Under the pieces are notes generated by a model, which was not told the origin of the DNA, searched no databases, and worked only from the letters and a program-made list of their open reading frames with translations. Positions 30,898 through 46,612 of a stretch of DNA of 64,000 bases are shown here, in pieces. Source of the stretch: the human T2T-CHM13v2.0 reference genome, Homo sapiens; assembly GCF_009914755.1 (NCBI RefSeq), contig NC_060941.1, one strand, 5' to 3'. A program made the position numbers and the translations under genes. Each line of letters opens with the position of its first letter. The first letter of the stretch is position 1.

Positions 30898-31938
30898 CTT
30901 TCCTTTTTTTTTTTTTTTTTTTCAAATTATACTTTAAATTCTGGGATACATGTGCAGAATGTGCAGGTTTGTTGCATAGGTATACATGTGCCATGGTGTT
31001 TTGCTGCACCCATCAACCCGTCATCTACATTAGGTATTTCTCCTAATGCTATCCCTCCCCTCGCCCCCAACCCCCTGACAAGCCCCAGTGTGTGATGTTC
31101 CCCTCCCTGTGTCCATGTGTTCTTATTGTTCAACTCCCACTTATGAGTGAGAACATGCAGTGTTTGGTTTTCTGTTCTTGTGTTAGTTTGCTCAGAATGA
31201 TGGTTTCCAGCTTCATCCATGTCCCTGCAAAGGAAATGAACTCATCCTTTTTTATGGCTGCATAGTATTCCATGGTGTATATGTGCCACATTTTCTTTAT
31301 CCAGTCTATCATTGATGGACATTTGGGTTGGTTCCAAGTCTTTGCTATTGTGAATAGTGCTGCAATAAACATATGTGTGCATGTGTCTTTAAAGTAGAAT
31401 GATTTATGATCTTTTGGGTATATACCCAGTAATGGGATTGCTGGGTCAAATGGTATTTCTGGTTCTAGATCCTTGAGGAATTGCCACACTGTCTTCCACA
31501 ATGGTTGAACTAATGTATACTCCCACCAACAGTGTAAAAGCATTCCTATTACTCTATGTCCTCTCCAGCATCTGTTCTTTACTGACTTTTTAATGATTGC
31601 CATTCTAACTGGCGTGAGATAGTATCTTGTTGTGGTTTTGATTTGCATTTCTCTAATGACCAGTGATGATGAGCTTTTTTTCATATGTTTGTTGGCCGCA
31701 TAAATGTCTTCTTTTGAGAAGTGTCTGTTCATATCCTTCGCCCACTTTTCGACGGGGTTGTTTTTTACTTGTAAATTTGTTTAAGTTCTTTGTAGATTCT
31801 GGATATTAGCCCTTTGTCAGATGGATAGATTGCAAAAATTTTCTCCCATTCTGCAGGTTGCCTGTTCACTCTGATGATAGTTTCTTTTGCTGTGCAGAAG
31901 CTCTTTAGTTTAATTAGATCTCATGTGTCAATTTTTAA
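30898..31938 (-). mobile_element. 5'-truncated primate L1 (L1PA7-like), ~1.04 kb
   Basis: Poly-T tail, L1PA 3'UTR and ORF2 end; 19-bp TSD AAGCCTGAGGTCTTTCTTT (30879-30897/31939-31957). Confidence 0.95.
31130..31732 (-). pseudogene. L1 ORF2p C-terminal fragment (200 aa, includes the cysteine-rich region)
   Basis: [19 protein letters not shown]...HCWWE...TWNQPKCPS...MFSLISGS; frame is disrupted just upstream (TAA at 31781-31783 on the - strand). Confidence 0.9.
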
Positions 31939-34454
31939 AAGCCTGAGGTCTTTCTTTTCCAGGGACTCTTAATCTGGGGTCCCTTAACACCTAGTAGATT
32001 ATTTGTGAGTTTCATTGGGTTTGGGGATCCTTTGAAATTGTTTCAAGAACAGGCGTTTATGTTTTTGGGAAGTCAGGGTCAAGATCACAGTCCATTGTTT
32101 TCTTTAGATCCACAGAGTAAGCCACTGCATTATTCCAACTTTCTTATAAGATAGAACAATTATTTAATGAACTCCAAATGTATGAAACTTCCATTGTTGA
32201 GATTATGTAAATAATTGGGCTGTAATGCAGCTGGATTCCTAGAATTAATAATTTCCATGTTCATACTCTGTGCTTACCACTCTAGTGCCCCTAATGCCAT
32301 TTCAGCCCCTGTGTTTCTGGGCAGTCTCAATCAGAAGGATAGCATGCTTCAGAAAGCTTGCAATCACTCTGCAGAGGTAGACTCAGAGTCCTGGGTTTCA
32401 CTGCTAGCAATGCTTCTAACTCTCGGAGCTTTATCTTCTTTGCGTGTAAAATGTGAGGATTGCCCAGCTGCACTCTGAGTCTCTCTGATGTCTTTCTGAT
32501 GTGAAATCAAGGTGGAGATCAGGAGTTGCCTTCCTTAAACAAGGGCAGGCATGTTTTGGGTAGACAGAAAAGTGGAAACATAACCAGTCAGTCATTCATC
32601 TGCTGCATCTGGGGATGGACCTAAGCTGAGCAGGAGCCTCCCCTATCAGTCCTCTTCTCCTTTCTCCATGCTACGGCCACTACTGAGGACTGTAGAGTCA
32701 GAGTTGGAGGAGGCCAAGGAGGCATCTCTTAATTTACCCTGTCATGCTACTGAGCAAACTGAGGCCCAGAGATGGGGAATGCCTTACATAAGGTCACATG
32801 GCTAGTGCCTGGATTGGGACTTGAGCCCAAGTTTCCAGAATCCAAATCTGATGTCTACTTACAAAGCCAGCTAGTACACGAAGAGATCTAGAGGCCTTCT
32901 CAGGACTACTCAAATGTGACAAATATGTGGTCTGGCAGAATCCTGGGACACATTTCTGGGAATGCTGTTCTCTCTTTCCCAGTGCCTCGTCATGGACATG
33001 CCTTTCTGTGGGACGTTCTTACCTGTCCAGGCCTCCATTCACTGCAGGAGGGGAGGGGAGGACAAAAGGAGAATAGCAGCCCCAGGGTGTGTGCCTCTGT
33101 CCTGGGCAAGAGGGAGTGTCCATGCCCTTGCTACTTGGCATTCTCCCAAAGGCTGGCTGTTTCTGTGAGCACATTCCCAGCCTGCCAGCCTCTTTTTTTC
33201 CCTACAGGTGTATGGGATTCCTAAGGGGAATTGGACATAGCCTTTTATGCCCCATTCTTATGTGGCAGGAACTTTCCTTCCGTCCCTGTGACTCTTCTCA
33301 GGGCTCCTTTGACTGCTTTGGGAAACTCTGGGTTTACTCTTCAAATCCTGGATGGGGAAGCCAGAGGGCTGGAAAGCAGGCTGGCCCTGGTGATGGCCAG
33401 CTCTGCATCACTTGGCCATCTCACCCACAGTTTGGAGTGGAAAGAGGTCCAGTCACCTGACTGTGGGTTCTGGGGAGTCAGAGCCAGGGCAGGTCCGTGT
33501 TCTGCTAGGGGCTGGGAGAAGGCCTGCATCATACACAGTTAGTGGGCAGTACATGAAGGCAGTGAGGAGGTGTGGTATGCCCGCTGCCTTTCACAACTGC
33601 AGAAATGGTCACTGATTTCTTTCATCCTCCTCAGTGGCCTTGAAGCCCCTGGACAGAGCAATGCATCGGTGCTGGCTCTCAGAGATTTGTGCCAGCAGCA
33701 GGATGGGTTTTCTCTCCTGATTCCGTTTCTCCCTGGTTGGTTATTAGCACACCTTTTTCCTCCTGATTGAGAACAGCTCAAGTGGGAACTGCTACAGCTA
33801 GGGGCAGCATCTCTGGTGGCATGCTGGTGGCAGGGGGAAACCAGATGGGGAGGAAGAGCCAGTCAGGAGACATGTGGCTAATCACCTGTGGACCCAGGAG
33901 GATTCAGCTACTCAGTTCCTAGCCTCTCCAATTATGGATTCCCTATCCTGTTCTTTTCACAGTTCATACTTTTTTCTTTAAAGTAAAAAGTAACATGCAT
34001 CACCATCTGTGAAAAGAAGGGGAAAAATAAAACTGAAAAAAGAAGGTAACATGCGACATTAAACATCCTTCTCCTAAAAGTATATCTCGCTATCTGCCCG
34101 TTCATCCATCCATCATTAACAGTGGCTGACATGTGAATGTTTACCAAGTGCCAGGCACTGTGCTCTGAGGTTTGCAGAGGAAGTCCCTATAGCCATTCTG
34201 TAAGAGATGCCACTGTTGTCCCTGTTTTTAAGGTGAGAACATAAGATACATGGAGGTTAAGGAATTTGCCTAAGGTCACAAATTAGGAAGTGGCAAAGCC
34301 AACCAGGAACCCCGGCAGCCGGGCACCAGAGCCCAAGCTCTGAACCGCTACTGGGCCATCTGCTTCTCTGCTTGTCAGTGGCATGGAGAGATGTCTGCAG
34401 GGACTTGCCCCGTATACTAATGCTGGTAGTTCAGAGTGGCTGCATTTGGGGTGA

Positions 34455-34791
<337 letters not shown>

Positions 34792-35736
34792 TAAATTTGT
34801 AAATGATGGGCATGTATCATTTTTATAATAGCTAAATAAAAAAACCAGTTGCAGAGAATCCCCAAAGCATATGATTTGGGGAATGGTAAACAGAGAGCAG
34901 GACGCTTTTTTTTTTTGGTGGTGGGTGGTGGGGGCAGACAAAGGAACTCTGATTTTGACCATCATCTCGTGGTGCTCTTGGGAGGCTCATCATTGGTTGG
35001 GTCCTCCCCCATTGCCTTGTTGTCTCTCTGCCACAAGATGGCAATCACAGCACAAGGATGGATGGGCTTGCAGCCTCCAGGAAGGAACACTAAGCGTCTG
35101 TCTTCCAGCTACAGAGAAGTCTCCCTAATGCATAGTTGGGGGAAGGGGCTTTTAGAGAGGGATTGAAAAGCTGACATCCCCTGCTGACCCAAACTCCAGG
35201 CAGTCCGGCAGTCATAGTCAGACGCTTCCATTTGCAGTAACCCATAGCTCTTCCCAGAACAGAGCTACATTGTGCATTTTGCTTTCTGATGAAAGAGACA
35301 TAGAGACAAAATGACACAGAGGTTTCCGGGCATAGAATGAGGCCAGTGAGCCTGGAGAATGGGTTATTTGTAATCTGTGGGGTTATTTATTCTGTGATGT
35401 GTATAGATTCTTTTTGTTCCTTGAGTAGAAATTGGTGCTGGTCTTCTAGATGCAGAGGCTACAAAACAAATCCCAGGGTAGGCAGCCAGTGGCTTTCTCT
35501 GGGGTCTTCCCAGGTGGATATCTGGGTAGGGCAGCTTCCACTGAGGCTCAGCTTTTGGGATGATTCCTAGGAGGAAGACTATCAGGAGCAAGACTGGGGG
35601 CTTGGTTCCTGTGGATAGGTGCATACGCGAATGGAGAGGAAACTTTGAGTGGGGACCATGGCATTTCTACCACCTGAGATGCCCAGCTGGGCATACCTGG
35701 ATTGGACTCAGGCAGGGGAAGTGAAGGCAGGACTCC

Positions 35737-36162
35737 TGTATTAGTTAACACTAGTGGCTATAACAGATAAAACTTAAAATCTCAGTGGCTTACCACAATA
35801 GAAGTTCATTTCCTGCTTGTGTAATGTTCAAAATGGCTGATCCCTGATCAGCTAGTGGGTAATTCTTCCTCAAATGGTGATAGAAGCACCCAACCTCCTT
35901 CCAACTTGGGACTCTTCCATTTTCAACACGTGGCTTCTACAGATTCTTACAAGAAGTAGAAAGAACATGGAGGAGCACACACGGGAGGCATTCCAGCCAG
36001 GCCCAGTGGGGATGGAAACATCACTTCCGCCTTCATTCCATTGGCCAGAAATGAGTCATGTGGCCATCCCTAACTACAAAAGAGGCTGGGAAATGTAGTC
36101 TAGCCTGTGCCCGGGAGAATGAGGAAGTAGGTTTTGTGTATAACCAGCCAATTTCTGTCCCA
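35737..36162 (-). mobile_element. MLT1J-type MaLR solo LTR
   Basis: TGTATTAGTT...AAAATCTCAGTGGCTTA...CATTCCATTGGCCAGAA...GAGGCTGGGAAATGTAGTCTAG; GACTC on both flanks. Confidence 0.8.
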
Positions 36163-37409
36163 GACTCATTCTTTATATGGATGATAGAGTTTATCCCAAA
36201 TAAATAATCAGGTTTGCACACACAGATATTCATGCACAAAGATGTTCATTGCTCTGTTATTATAAAAGTAAATGTTTAGAATCAATGTAAATGTTTATCT
36301 ATAACGTGTTAAAGAACTTATAGTCTATTCACACAAAAGTGTCACACAGAAGTGTTGGAGGCAGACCCCAAAATCATGTGGTAGAAGAACATGTTGGCCC
36401 TTCAGACATCACAGTGCTTTGTTAAGTAGCAATCCCAGGAAGCCTCGGGGTTCACGTGAGGCACAAATAAATTCAAATAGGCAATACCTATTTTCATTTA
36501 AATGTTCTACGACTTAGAGTCATACACAAAATATTTACTTTAAATATAACCCTTTAAAATATTCTCTCTGTATTTCTAAGAACATATTTCCTCGAAAGCA
36601 AAATGTACAATTGAATTATATTGCAGACTTTGTAGGAGACTATTTAATTCACTTTTTATCTCCCTGGTTCAGTCTCTGACTCCCACCCTGAACCACAGCA
36701 TCACAGGGCAGAGACTGTGTCAGGCTTGTTTACTGCTCCGCACACAGTGAGGCGCCTATAGCAGACATTTGGTAAATATTTATTGACTAAAGTTGAGTTG
36801 AATGGGATGATGTCAAATGAAAAAACAGCTGGAGTAAAAACAAGGGAAAACCATGAATGTATGGTATGATGCCAGCTATGTAAATAGAAGTTCATATATG
36901 CATATGAAAAGACTGCAAGAGAGCATTTCAGCACAATAGGATTGCCTCTTGTTCTCTCTTTCACTTAGGGTTTCCTTTATTTTCCATTTCTTTTACAGTG
37001 AACCATTTGCATAATCATTTACAGCTATCATTTACATAGTCAAGATTAAAATTTAAAAATGTTGCTGTAGGGACCACAAATGTACTTCGGGGAAGGTGTC
37101 ACAGGGTGAGGGATACAATACTTCCTGGAGGTGATGGACAGGTAGGTGTAGGAGCTACTTACATCATGTATGCTTAGACCCTTGGTCTGGGAACTGGGCC
37201 AGAGCCCAGGCTGGATGCAGGGAGCTGGGAGCACTTCTTTGTCGCATCTTCATCCTGACCCCCCTTGACTCTCCCTTTCAAATGTGAGCCTGTCCTTCAT
37301 CTGTGCTGATGGTAGTGTAGGTTTCACCTTGGGGGAGAGGTGTGGGTAGGCTGTCATCACAGCTTGGGTAGGTGGTTTTGTATCCCTTCTGGAAGGCTCC
37401 CCACCCTCC

Positions 37410-37505
37410 TAGGTTTGCCAGTAAAATACAGGACAAAGGTTGAATTTGAATTTCAGATAAACAATGAACAATATTTTAGTATAAATATGTCCTAAATATT
37501 GCACT
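37410..37505 (+). mobile_element. MER53 hAT fragment
   Basis: GGTTTGCCAG.AAAATACAGGACA...AATTTGAATTTCAGATAAACAA. Confidence 0.7.
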
Positions 37506-38649
37506 CTTTGTATAACATCACCAAACTAAAGAGCCTTGTTTTGGTGAAATGCCTGCTTTGTAAACAATGGAGAAGTTGCACAAGCCTTGTCGGTGGGTAC
37601 CCCATGCCCAGTAACGTCAGCTTCTTGACTTCCTCTGCACACTTCCCTTCCCTCTTCTCAGTCTCTACCTTCTTCCCACAGGACTGCCAGCAGCGTCTGA
37701 ACCGAAGGCTGCATTGCCTGTCTCAGGGTATGTGACTTCGGGATGTTTTTCCTGGAGAAGCCCACCTGGGGTGAATCAGACCCTGAAAACTCCTATGGGT
37801 AGCTTTTGAGGGTTCATCCCTTCCTGGACAGCTCCTTTTTTCTGGCCAATTGTGCCCCTTATTGGGTTGCCATCTCCTAGGCCTCTCTTTCCCCAGGTCC
37901 TCCTCAATAAGGTTGCAAGTTTCCCAGCTTCTCCTGGAGTCTCTTTTCTCTGAAAGCAGCATCCTGCCTTATTGAAGTTTTCTCAAGACAGCCCACATTT
38001 TTAGGGGAATAGACCTGGATAAAAATGACAAACATTTCCATTGTAATACATTTCTGAGACATTTAAAAACATTCACGAAAGCCATCCTGTGGTGTGCTGG
38101 CATTGAATGGGGAGTAGGGGGGAAAGAGGGTTTGGGAGGGGGTGTACGGTAAGGAAAAGACACCTTGCAGTAGGAGAAGCCAGGAGTGGAATTGCAGGCT
38201 GAGCTCGGAGTCCTGGAAGACTTCACGCTTGCTGGGAAGCAGAGGAAGTGCTAGAGTCCACGAAGGGGAAACAGAAGCAGAGAACAAGATCATCTTGCCA
38301 GCAAATGAGGCACATAGGGGTTCCGAGCAGAATATGCAGGGTCTGGCTTTGTTTCAGCAGATGAAGCCTTTGATAGGCGGCTGTGATCCCTCCTGCTGGA
38401 GCTGCCGGGGACTGGGCATGATTGAGAGCACGGCCCACTCTTCCTCGGGCCCTTACTTCTCATACTCATCAACTGAAAGCCAAATCAGTCCTTTGTGTTG
38501 CTTGTTGGTTTTGAAAAGTAAACTTTCGGAGGAGGGTTGTGAATACATCATCCATGAATATGGAATTTTCCATTTTTCAAAACATTAGTTTGAACCAAAC
38601 AACATTTCCAAGGCCTAGCTGCTTTGGTCTTAGAAAAACAGCAATTTTA

Positions 38650-38971
<322 letters not shown>

Positions 38972-39006
38972 AAAACAGCAATTTTATATACCACAATCAT
39001 AAAACT

Positions 39007-39045
39007 ACACACACACACACACAGACACACACATGCACATAAACA
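39007..39045. repeat. Imperfect (CA)n microsatellite
   Basis: CACACACACACACACAGACACACACA. Confidence 0.85.
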
Positions 39046-40384
39046 CATATCATCGTGTAAGATAAACTCTTGCTGCCAGAGCTTGGTAACCGGGCTCTGA
39101 ATGGCCAGCCTTGTCACAGACAACTGCTGTGGCTGACATTGTGACACAAGGTCTCCTGGAGTTTTTTCTCATAATTTTAAATGGAATTGAACAGTTTGCA
39201 CAACCTCCTCTGCTTAATCAGCACCTTCTTCTGGAGACACTGCTTTGCTTCTGGTTTCTCTGGAAGTTCCCCCTGCCTTGGTGAACTGAGCTCGCTGGCC
39301 CACCCCAGGGAGCCAGGGCAGAGTCCTGTTAGGGTTAAGTTCTTTTTGCCATAAATGTCAAATTAGTTTTGGAAACATCAGCCATATCCTGAATTACTTT
39401 GTGTATCCCTATTGTTTACCTGTGTATTAGCTATAACTGACAGGCACCTAAACCTTCAGGTTGTCAAAAGACCTCCTGGATTTGGTGTTTTCCAACCATT
39501 GTCCTATGCCTGTGACCCTGTGACCTCCTGAGATGTCTGTGATGGGTGAAAAGCAAAACACCCAGCTAGTAAGAGACTAGATGTCCCCAGGAATGTGGGC
39601 AGGATGTGGAAACTGCATCCTGGAAGGTAAAGCAGGATCAGGTCCCTTGCCAGTTAAGATAGCAAGAGTCACAGAGTTTCAATGAGACTGATGACAGAAT
39701 CAACTGGCAAAGCCCAGAAACCAGGGTGGGAGAGTGTTCAGCCTATGAGTAATCATGTGGACAGCAGTCTGTTGAGATGGGTGATTTCTTCTTTAATTGT
39801 CCCATCCTGGTTCCTTTATTGAGCCTCAGTTTCCTCATCAGTACATTGAAGGGAGTAATTCCTACCTCGTAGGGTGGCGGTGAGTATCTGAGGAAGCAAG
39901 GTGAGTGGAAGCATGTTATAAATGGTGAAGCTGTATGTAAATGTCATGTGTGATGAATAGTGAGAACTTCCTTCCTGGGGGGGCAGTTAAGGGAGGAGGG
40001 AGGTAGGAGACTTTGAGAATCTGACCATCAGGGAGTAATTCTAGTAACCTAGTGAAGAAGAATGGACTGCAATTCTGGGTGGGTGGACAGGAATGGAGCA
40101 GGGTTGCTAGGAAACCAGCCTCAGTCCTGCTGGAATGAAGGATGTGATGAAGGATGCTAAATGTTCATGATCAATTCAGGCTCTTCTGAGCTTCCAGAGA
40201 CTGAGGGTTACCCCTGCACTGCTACTGCCATTGTGTGGCTTTGGCCAGCTATTTCCTCAGGGATTTGGAAACACAGAGGCCCCAGGAATGGCTCCCTTAC
40301 CGACTGTTCTCCAAGGGCTCAGAGATGGTATGTTGTGGTGTCATGTTTCCCAAGCAGTAGTGGTCATAAAACATTTAATTAATT

Positions 40385-40684
<300 letters not shown>

Positions 40685-40879
40685 TCATAAAGCATTTTGG
40701 AAATCATAGTGAAGTGATGTATAGCAACAGCAGTTTGAGTATAAATGTTCACTAATCAATCAATGTTGAAATCCTATATATATATGTAAATTATAGGAAA
40801 AAGCACTTCATATAACCTGTGCTCTAATAGATGTGCCTGTTGTGAGCTTCCACGATATCAAGTAAGTCCCCTGTCCTCC

Positions 40880-41394
40880 TTGCAATGAAAAAAAATCTTA
40901 AATACAAGTGATTAAACACAACTCAAACTAGCTTAACACAAAAGCAAGATAATTTCTTGGCTTCATCACTGGAAATGTGAAATATCACTGGACAGCTAAT
41001 TGTAGGGCTCTGGGTCCCTCTCTCTTTCTCTCTACTTCTTGGACCAGTTGTCTCCACATGATGGGCAAGACGGCCCCAGCATCTCATGCTTAGCAACATC
41101 AGTGGAAAGAAGAGTCTTTCTGAATACCAATGGTAGAAAAGTTCCAGGGATATTCTCATTGGTTCACCTTTGGTCAAGTGTCCATTTCCAAACCAATCAT
41201 TGTGGCCAGGAGGATGGGTCCATTTCCGGACCAATCATTGTGGCTGACTGACCTCTTGGAAAGGGTGGGTAGAACCAGCCTCCTTTATGTATCACAGAGA
41301 GAGAATACATTATTTGTTGAAAAGGAGAGTTCTGTTGCTGGAAGAAAGGGAAGAATGTGTGCTGGAGGACAAAAACAAGTACTTTAATGTTACA
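40880..41394 (-). mobile_element. MLT1K-like old MaLR LTR
   Basis: AACTCAAACTAGCTTAA...AACCAATCATTGTGGCCAGG...CTGTTGCTGGAAGAAAGGG. Confidence 0.6.
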
Positions 41395-41612
41395 GCTTGC
41401 TAATTGTCCACTCTTGCTCTCCAAGGCAAGGATTCATGTCTATCTTGGCCACCACAGTAATCCCAGCACAGTGCTTGGCAAGTGGCCAATACTATGTATC
41501 TATGTTCTCATTAATGAATAAATGGACAAATGAATTAGGTACTTCAGCAAGTTAGTTGGCAAAATGTGCATCTTTATTGGGCCTTCCTGATAGTCATAGG
41601 TAGAACAAGCTG

Positions 41613-41865
41613 TTTTTTTTTTTTTAAGGAAAATCGAGGTGAAATTTACCGAATGTAAAAGTAACCATCTAAAAGTATACAACTCAGTGGTGTTCAGTGC
41701 ATTCACAATTTTGTACAACCAGCAGTTATATCAAGTTCTAAAAAATTTTCATCACCCCGAAAGAAAACCCCATGCCTATTAAACAGTCACGCCCTACTTC
41801 CCCCTGGCAACCGACAATCTGTTTCTATCTCTGTGGACTTACCTATTCTGGATATTTTGTATAAC
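41613..41865 (-). mobile_element. L1MB-type 3' end fragment
   Basis: AAGTATACAACTCAGTGG...TTTTCATCACCCC.AAAGAAAACCCCATGCCTATTA...CCCTGGCAACC. Confidence 0.8.
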
Positions 41866-41887
41866 ATATTGTTCCTTTCTTTGGTTG

Positions 41888-42403
<516 letters not shown>

Positions 42404-45400
42404 TTATTCTTACATTTACCAAACTGAAGAAAAATAATATTTCTAATATTTGGTTGCAAACAGCACACACCAGCTTGGGCCGGCTTAACTGAGAGAGTTC
42501 CTTCTGGAAGCCATGCCTAGTCAGGGGGTCTGGGGCCAGGGTCTGAAGACTTGCCAGAGTCTTGCACTGTCTTTTGTTTCTGTTTCTTTTTATCTATCAG
42601 TTTCTTCTTTTTCTGTTCAGACAGGTTTCCCTTGCTTTTTAGAACACATGGTAGAAGATGCCCTTTCCCCAGCTACCATTTTAATGTCCCTTCTGTTCCA
42701 GCCACATTCAGAGGCTATCTGGCTCAGGATCCCACTTCTCAATTTCTAGGAGAGGGAATCAATTGGTCCAGTGTGGACCAGTGTCCCCCCTTGTCCCAAA
42801 CTGTGGGTCTTGGGGCAGGGCTATCCAGTCAGGTGACAAAGGAGCTTTATAGAGAGCAGAGGGTGACATGAGTCCAAGGCAGCAGAGAGAAGACCAGCAG
42901 CCACTCAAAGGCTAGGTTTCTCATCTGGAGACCTGCCTCTTGCTCAAAGCCAAAGGGCTGCTCTGGCCTCCCTCAGCATGGTTGTAATTGATTTTGCTTT
43001 AGTAGATTCCAGGACCCTTCTTGAGATAATAAAAAGGACTAACATAAAATTCTCCCAAACAAAATCAATTGCTTTCCTTTTTGCACCAGCATACAGAGGC
43101 GGTCTGCCATTCCTCTCACTGAGCAGACTCCAGAAGCATGGAGCCCAGGGCCCAGGGGAGGCGGGCTGCCTGGTGTGGAGGGCATTTGTGCCAGTGCGAG
43201 GCAGGTTTCAGGTGGCAGTCTGAATCACATGGGTCTGAGTCTCATGTCCGTCTTAGACCTTCGCCCCATTTCTTGGTGCAGGAGCTTTTCTACTCTCCTG
43301 ACAGAAGTCTTTGCAGTTGACTGGCTTCCCAGTGCCAGAGGAAAGGGGCTAAGTAATGGTGGTGGCAGGTTAGAGGTAGAGATTCCCAGCTACTCTGTTC
43401 ACAAAAGGCACCTTCTGGGCATTCAGGAGAATGGCTTCCACATCTTCAGGTGGTCTGTAAGCATCTGGCTGCTGCAGGCTCCCCTGACAGCTAAGCAGAA
43501 AGGGTTCTTTTCTGGGAGAGCAAGGACCAGGTGCTCAGCAGCATACCTGGAACTGTACTTCCAAATTCCAGGTGAGTGCCCGCCTCCAGAACAACCCAGC
43601 TGAGGTCTCTGTATACTCCACAGGTTGAGGAAGGAGAATGAACATATTTGGGAGCTAAGCCAAACTATATTTGGATTCCGGTTCTGTTGCTTCTTTGTTG
43701 TGTGGCCTTGGACAACTCCATCTCAGCGTCCTCATCTATAAAATGAGACTAATCATGTGTGTCTTTTGTTCTATTGATGCAAGGATCATATCAGGCCCAG
43801 AGCTTAGCTTGGTGGCACAAAAGAGTTATGCTTACCCTAAAGAAAGAAAAGCGATTGAATATATTATTGCATGGGGAATTAGGAGAAACACGTGCTGCTT
43901 TGGTTCATTTAGTGTGTCTCTTTAACAACATCTAAGCTCATATCTTAAATTGCTGATTGTCTCTGGGCAAGGGCCTTCAACTCTTTTGGCCTCAGTTTTC
44001 TCATCTGTAAAACGAGGCTATAAGATAAAACCATCCCTGAGGTCCCTCCTGGCAGAAAAGATCAGGTACATGGAGTCCTCCAGGACAGGAGCAAGAGCCT
44101 CCCAAATCCTAGCCAAGGCTGACCACTTATAAGACTATTAGACACTGAGGGTGCCTGGCTCTGACTCTAGCAGTCTGGAAAGACATAAATAAGCAGGGAG
44201 GGAGTGGTCCTGAAGAGCTGTTTTTTCAATGTATGTGAAGAGAAGAGGCTGCCCTGCCATTAGACTTTCCAGATTTTGTGCTTGGCTAATGTAGCTCAAT
44301 GTTGCCAGTCCAAGACTTGTAAATTACAAAGTTTTTTTCCATACCAAATGCCAGTTGAATATGATATCAAAGGTGACTTGTTCATCTTGGCAACTTACAA
44401 TGAGCGTAGAGAATTATCATTTCTATAATGACTTTTCCATGCGGTTTCAGAACAGAAAATCCAATATTGTGGAAGATAGTTGACCAGAGGAGCCCAGAGC
44501 AGCAGTATCACCATGATATGGCCATTTCTATGGACATCCATGAACTCTCATTTGTAATATTCAAGAAAAGGTTTGAGTGTGATGCAAGAGCCAATTTATT
44601 TGCTCCAAGGACAGCCCTGGCTTTATTTTATTATAGACGACATCCTTCATAAAGCCCAGCCCAGGGCAGTCATTTCCCCTGGGACCACAGGCTTCCTACA
44701 GGCCTCCTGGAGTAGACTGTGACATGGTTATAAACTCCTGTGTATGCCAGGTGACTGGTGGGCACTGCTAGGTGCTGAGTGAGGAGGTGGCACAGTGTAG
44801 AAAGAGAACATTGGAGCTCCCAGTATTAGTCCTGGCACATCTCTTTGCTGTGTGGTTTTGGGTTTCATCTCTCTGAGCTCTTCTTGGCCTATAACATAGG
44901 GAAGTAGCCCTGTGCTCCCTCCATCAAGAGACTGTCAGGAGAAAGATGTGAGATAATGTATGCTGAAAATGCTTTGTAGACTGTATATATATGAGTGGTA
45001 TTCTGCTTATTGCAACCACGGTTGCTAGCTGATTATTATAGTTACTTGACAGTGGGGATACCAGCAGGCTTTGGGACAAAGAAGGGGATTCTGGGAGGAG
45101 TTGTGGGGCACTAGGGAAAGGCTGTTTACTTAGCTACACATTTTATCCGTGGTCACCCAGCTAGGAAGTGGTAGGGTCAGGTCTTAACCTTGCCTACACC
45201 CATGCAATCTCAAATTCCCTAGTTGTTTTTTAACTCTGTTCTGTGCAACCCTAGATTGTTCATGGGGACTTCAGGGAGATTCTGCAACTATCTGATTATC
45301 ACTGTTTTAGGTGCTGGGGGACATAGCAGTGGTATTGTTACTTAATGGTCCCATGACAGGTCATGTACTAACAGGTAGAATTGGAACCCACATCCACCTC

Positions 45401-46317
45401 TGGCCCAGTGATATCCTTGGTTACTTTAGTTATTCCCAAATACGAACATGTAAAAGTGTCCAAAAATCTCATGCTCAGGGAAAGCCTCCAGACATTTCTG
45501 ATGATGTAAGGTTCTTCTTCCTTCTCCCTTTTCTGGGGTTTGGTGATCTCCTGAAGAGCACATGTTCAAACATACTGGCTATAACTTCCTTTGGCAATGT
45601 GGGAGACCGCTGATTGAGAGCAGAATGCTTGTCCTTGCAAAGTTCAGGAGTAATTAACATGGTGAGAAGGGGAGGAGAGCAATTTGGATTTCATTGCTTG
45701 GCAGCTTTGCCCCTTGAGAATACTTTGTGGCTGGAGAAATGACCCTTTAGGCTCACTGTAGCATTTTTCTTTGAATAAATGACAAACATCCATCATGTAA
45801 TACATCCCTTGCAACATTTCAGCCTGTCACTAATGACCTTATTGTAAAGAACATTTGATTTAAGATTTAAACCTTTCACGACACCCTCTCTTAGCTTGAA
45901 TACATACATTTGAAATAAAATTAATATGGTTTTAGCCTGCGGTCAAGTAGTAAATTCATGACTTTTCTTGGCTTAAGAATCAGCAGTCTCCTCCCTACCT
46001 GCTTCTCCAATTCTTTAAAACAAATGTGCTTAAATCAACCCTTGCTGAGTTCTGGAAATATATTTAGATGGCTTCATCCATTTTTGACCAACTGATGGAA
46101 TATTCTCTGAGGTGTCAAAGGAATTATTATCTTATTTTAGGAGTCAAGTTTGGAGCAGCAAGTGTCTGTTATTCTCTCTGATAGCTGCACATCAGATTCT
46201 AAACTGATGGTCCTGTGGCTGAGGAAAAATGATTTAACTCAGGAGAAAAGACAATGAATATTGTCGTGGTATCTGACAGTGTCTGTAAAGCTGAAGAAAT
46301 GTTGTTGCTTCTATTAG

Positions 46318-46612
<295 letters not shown>

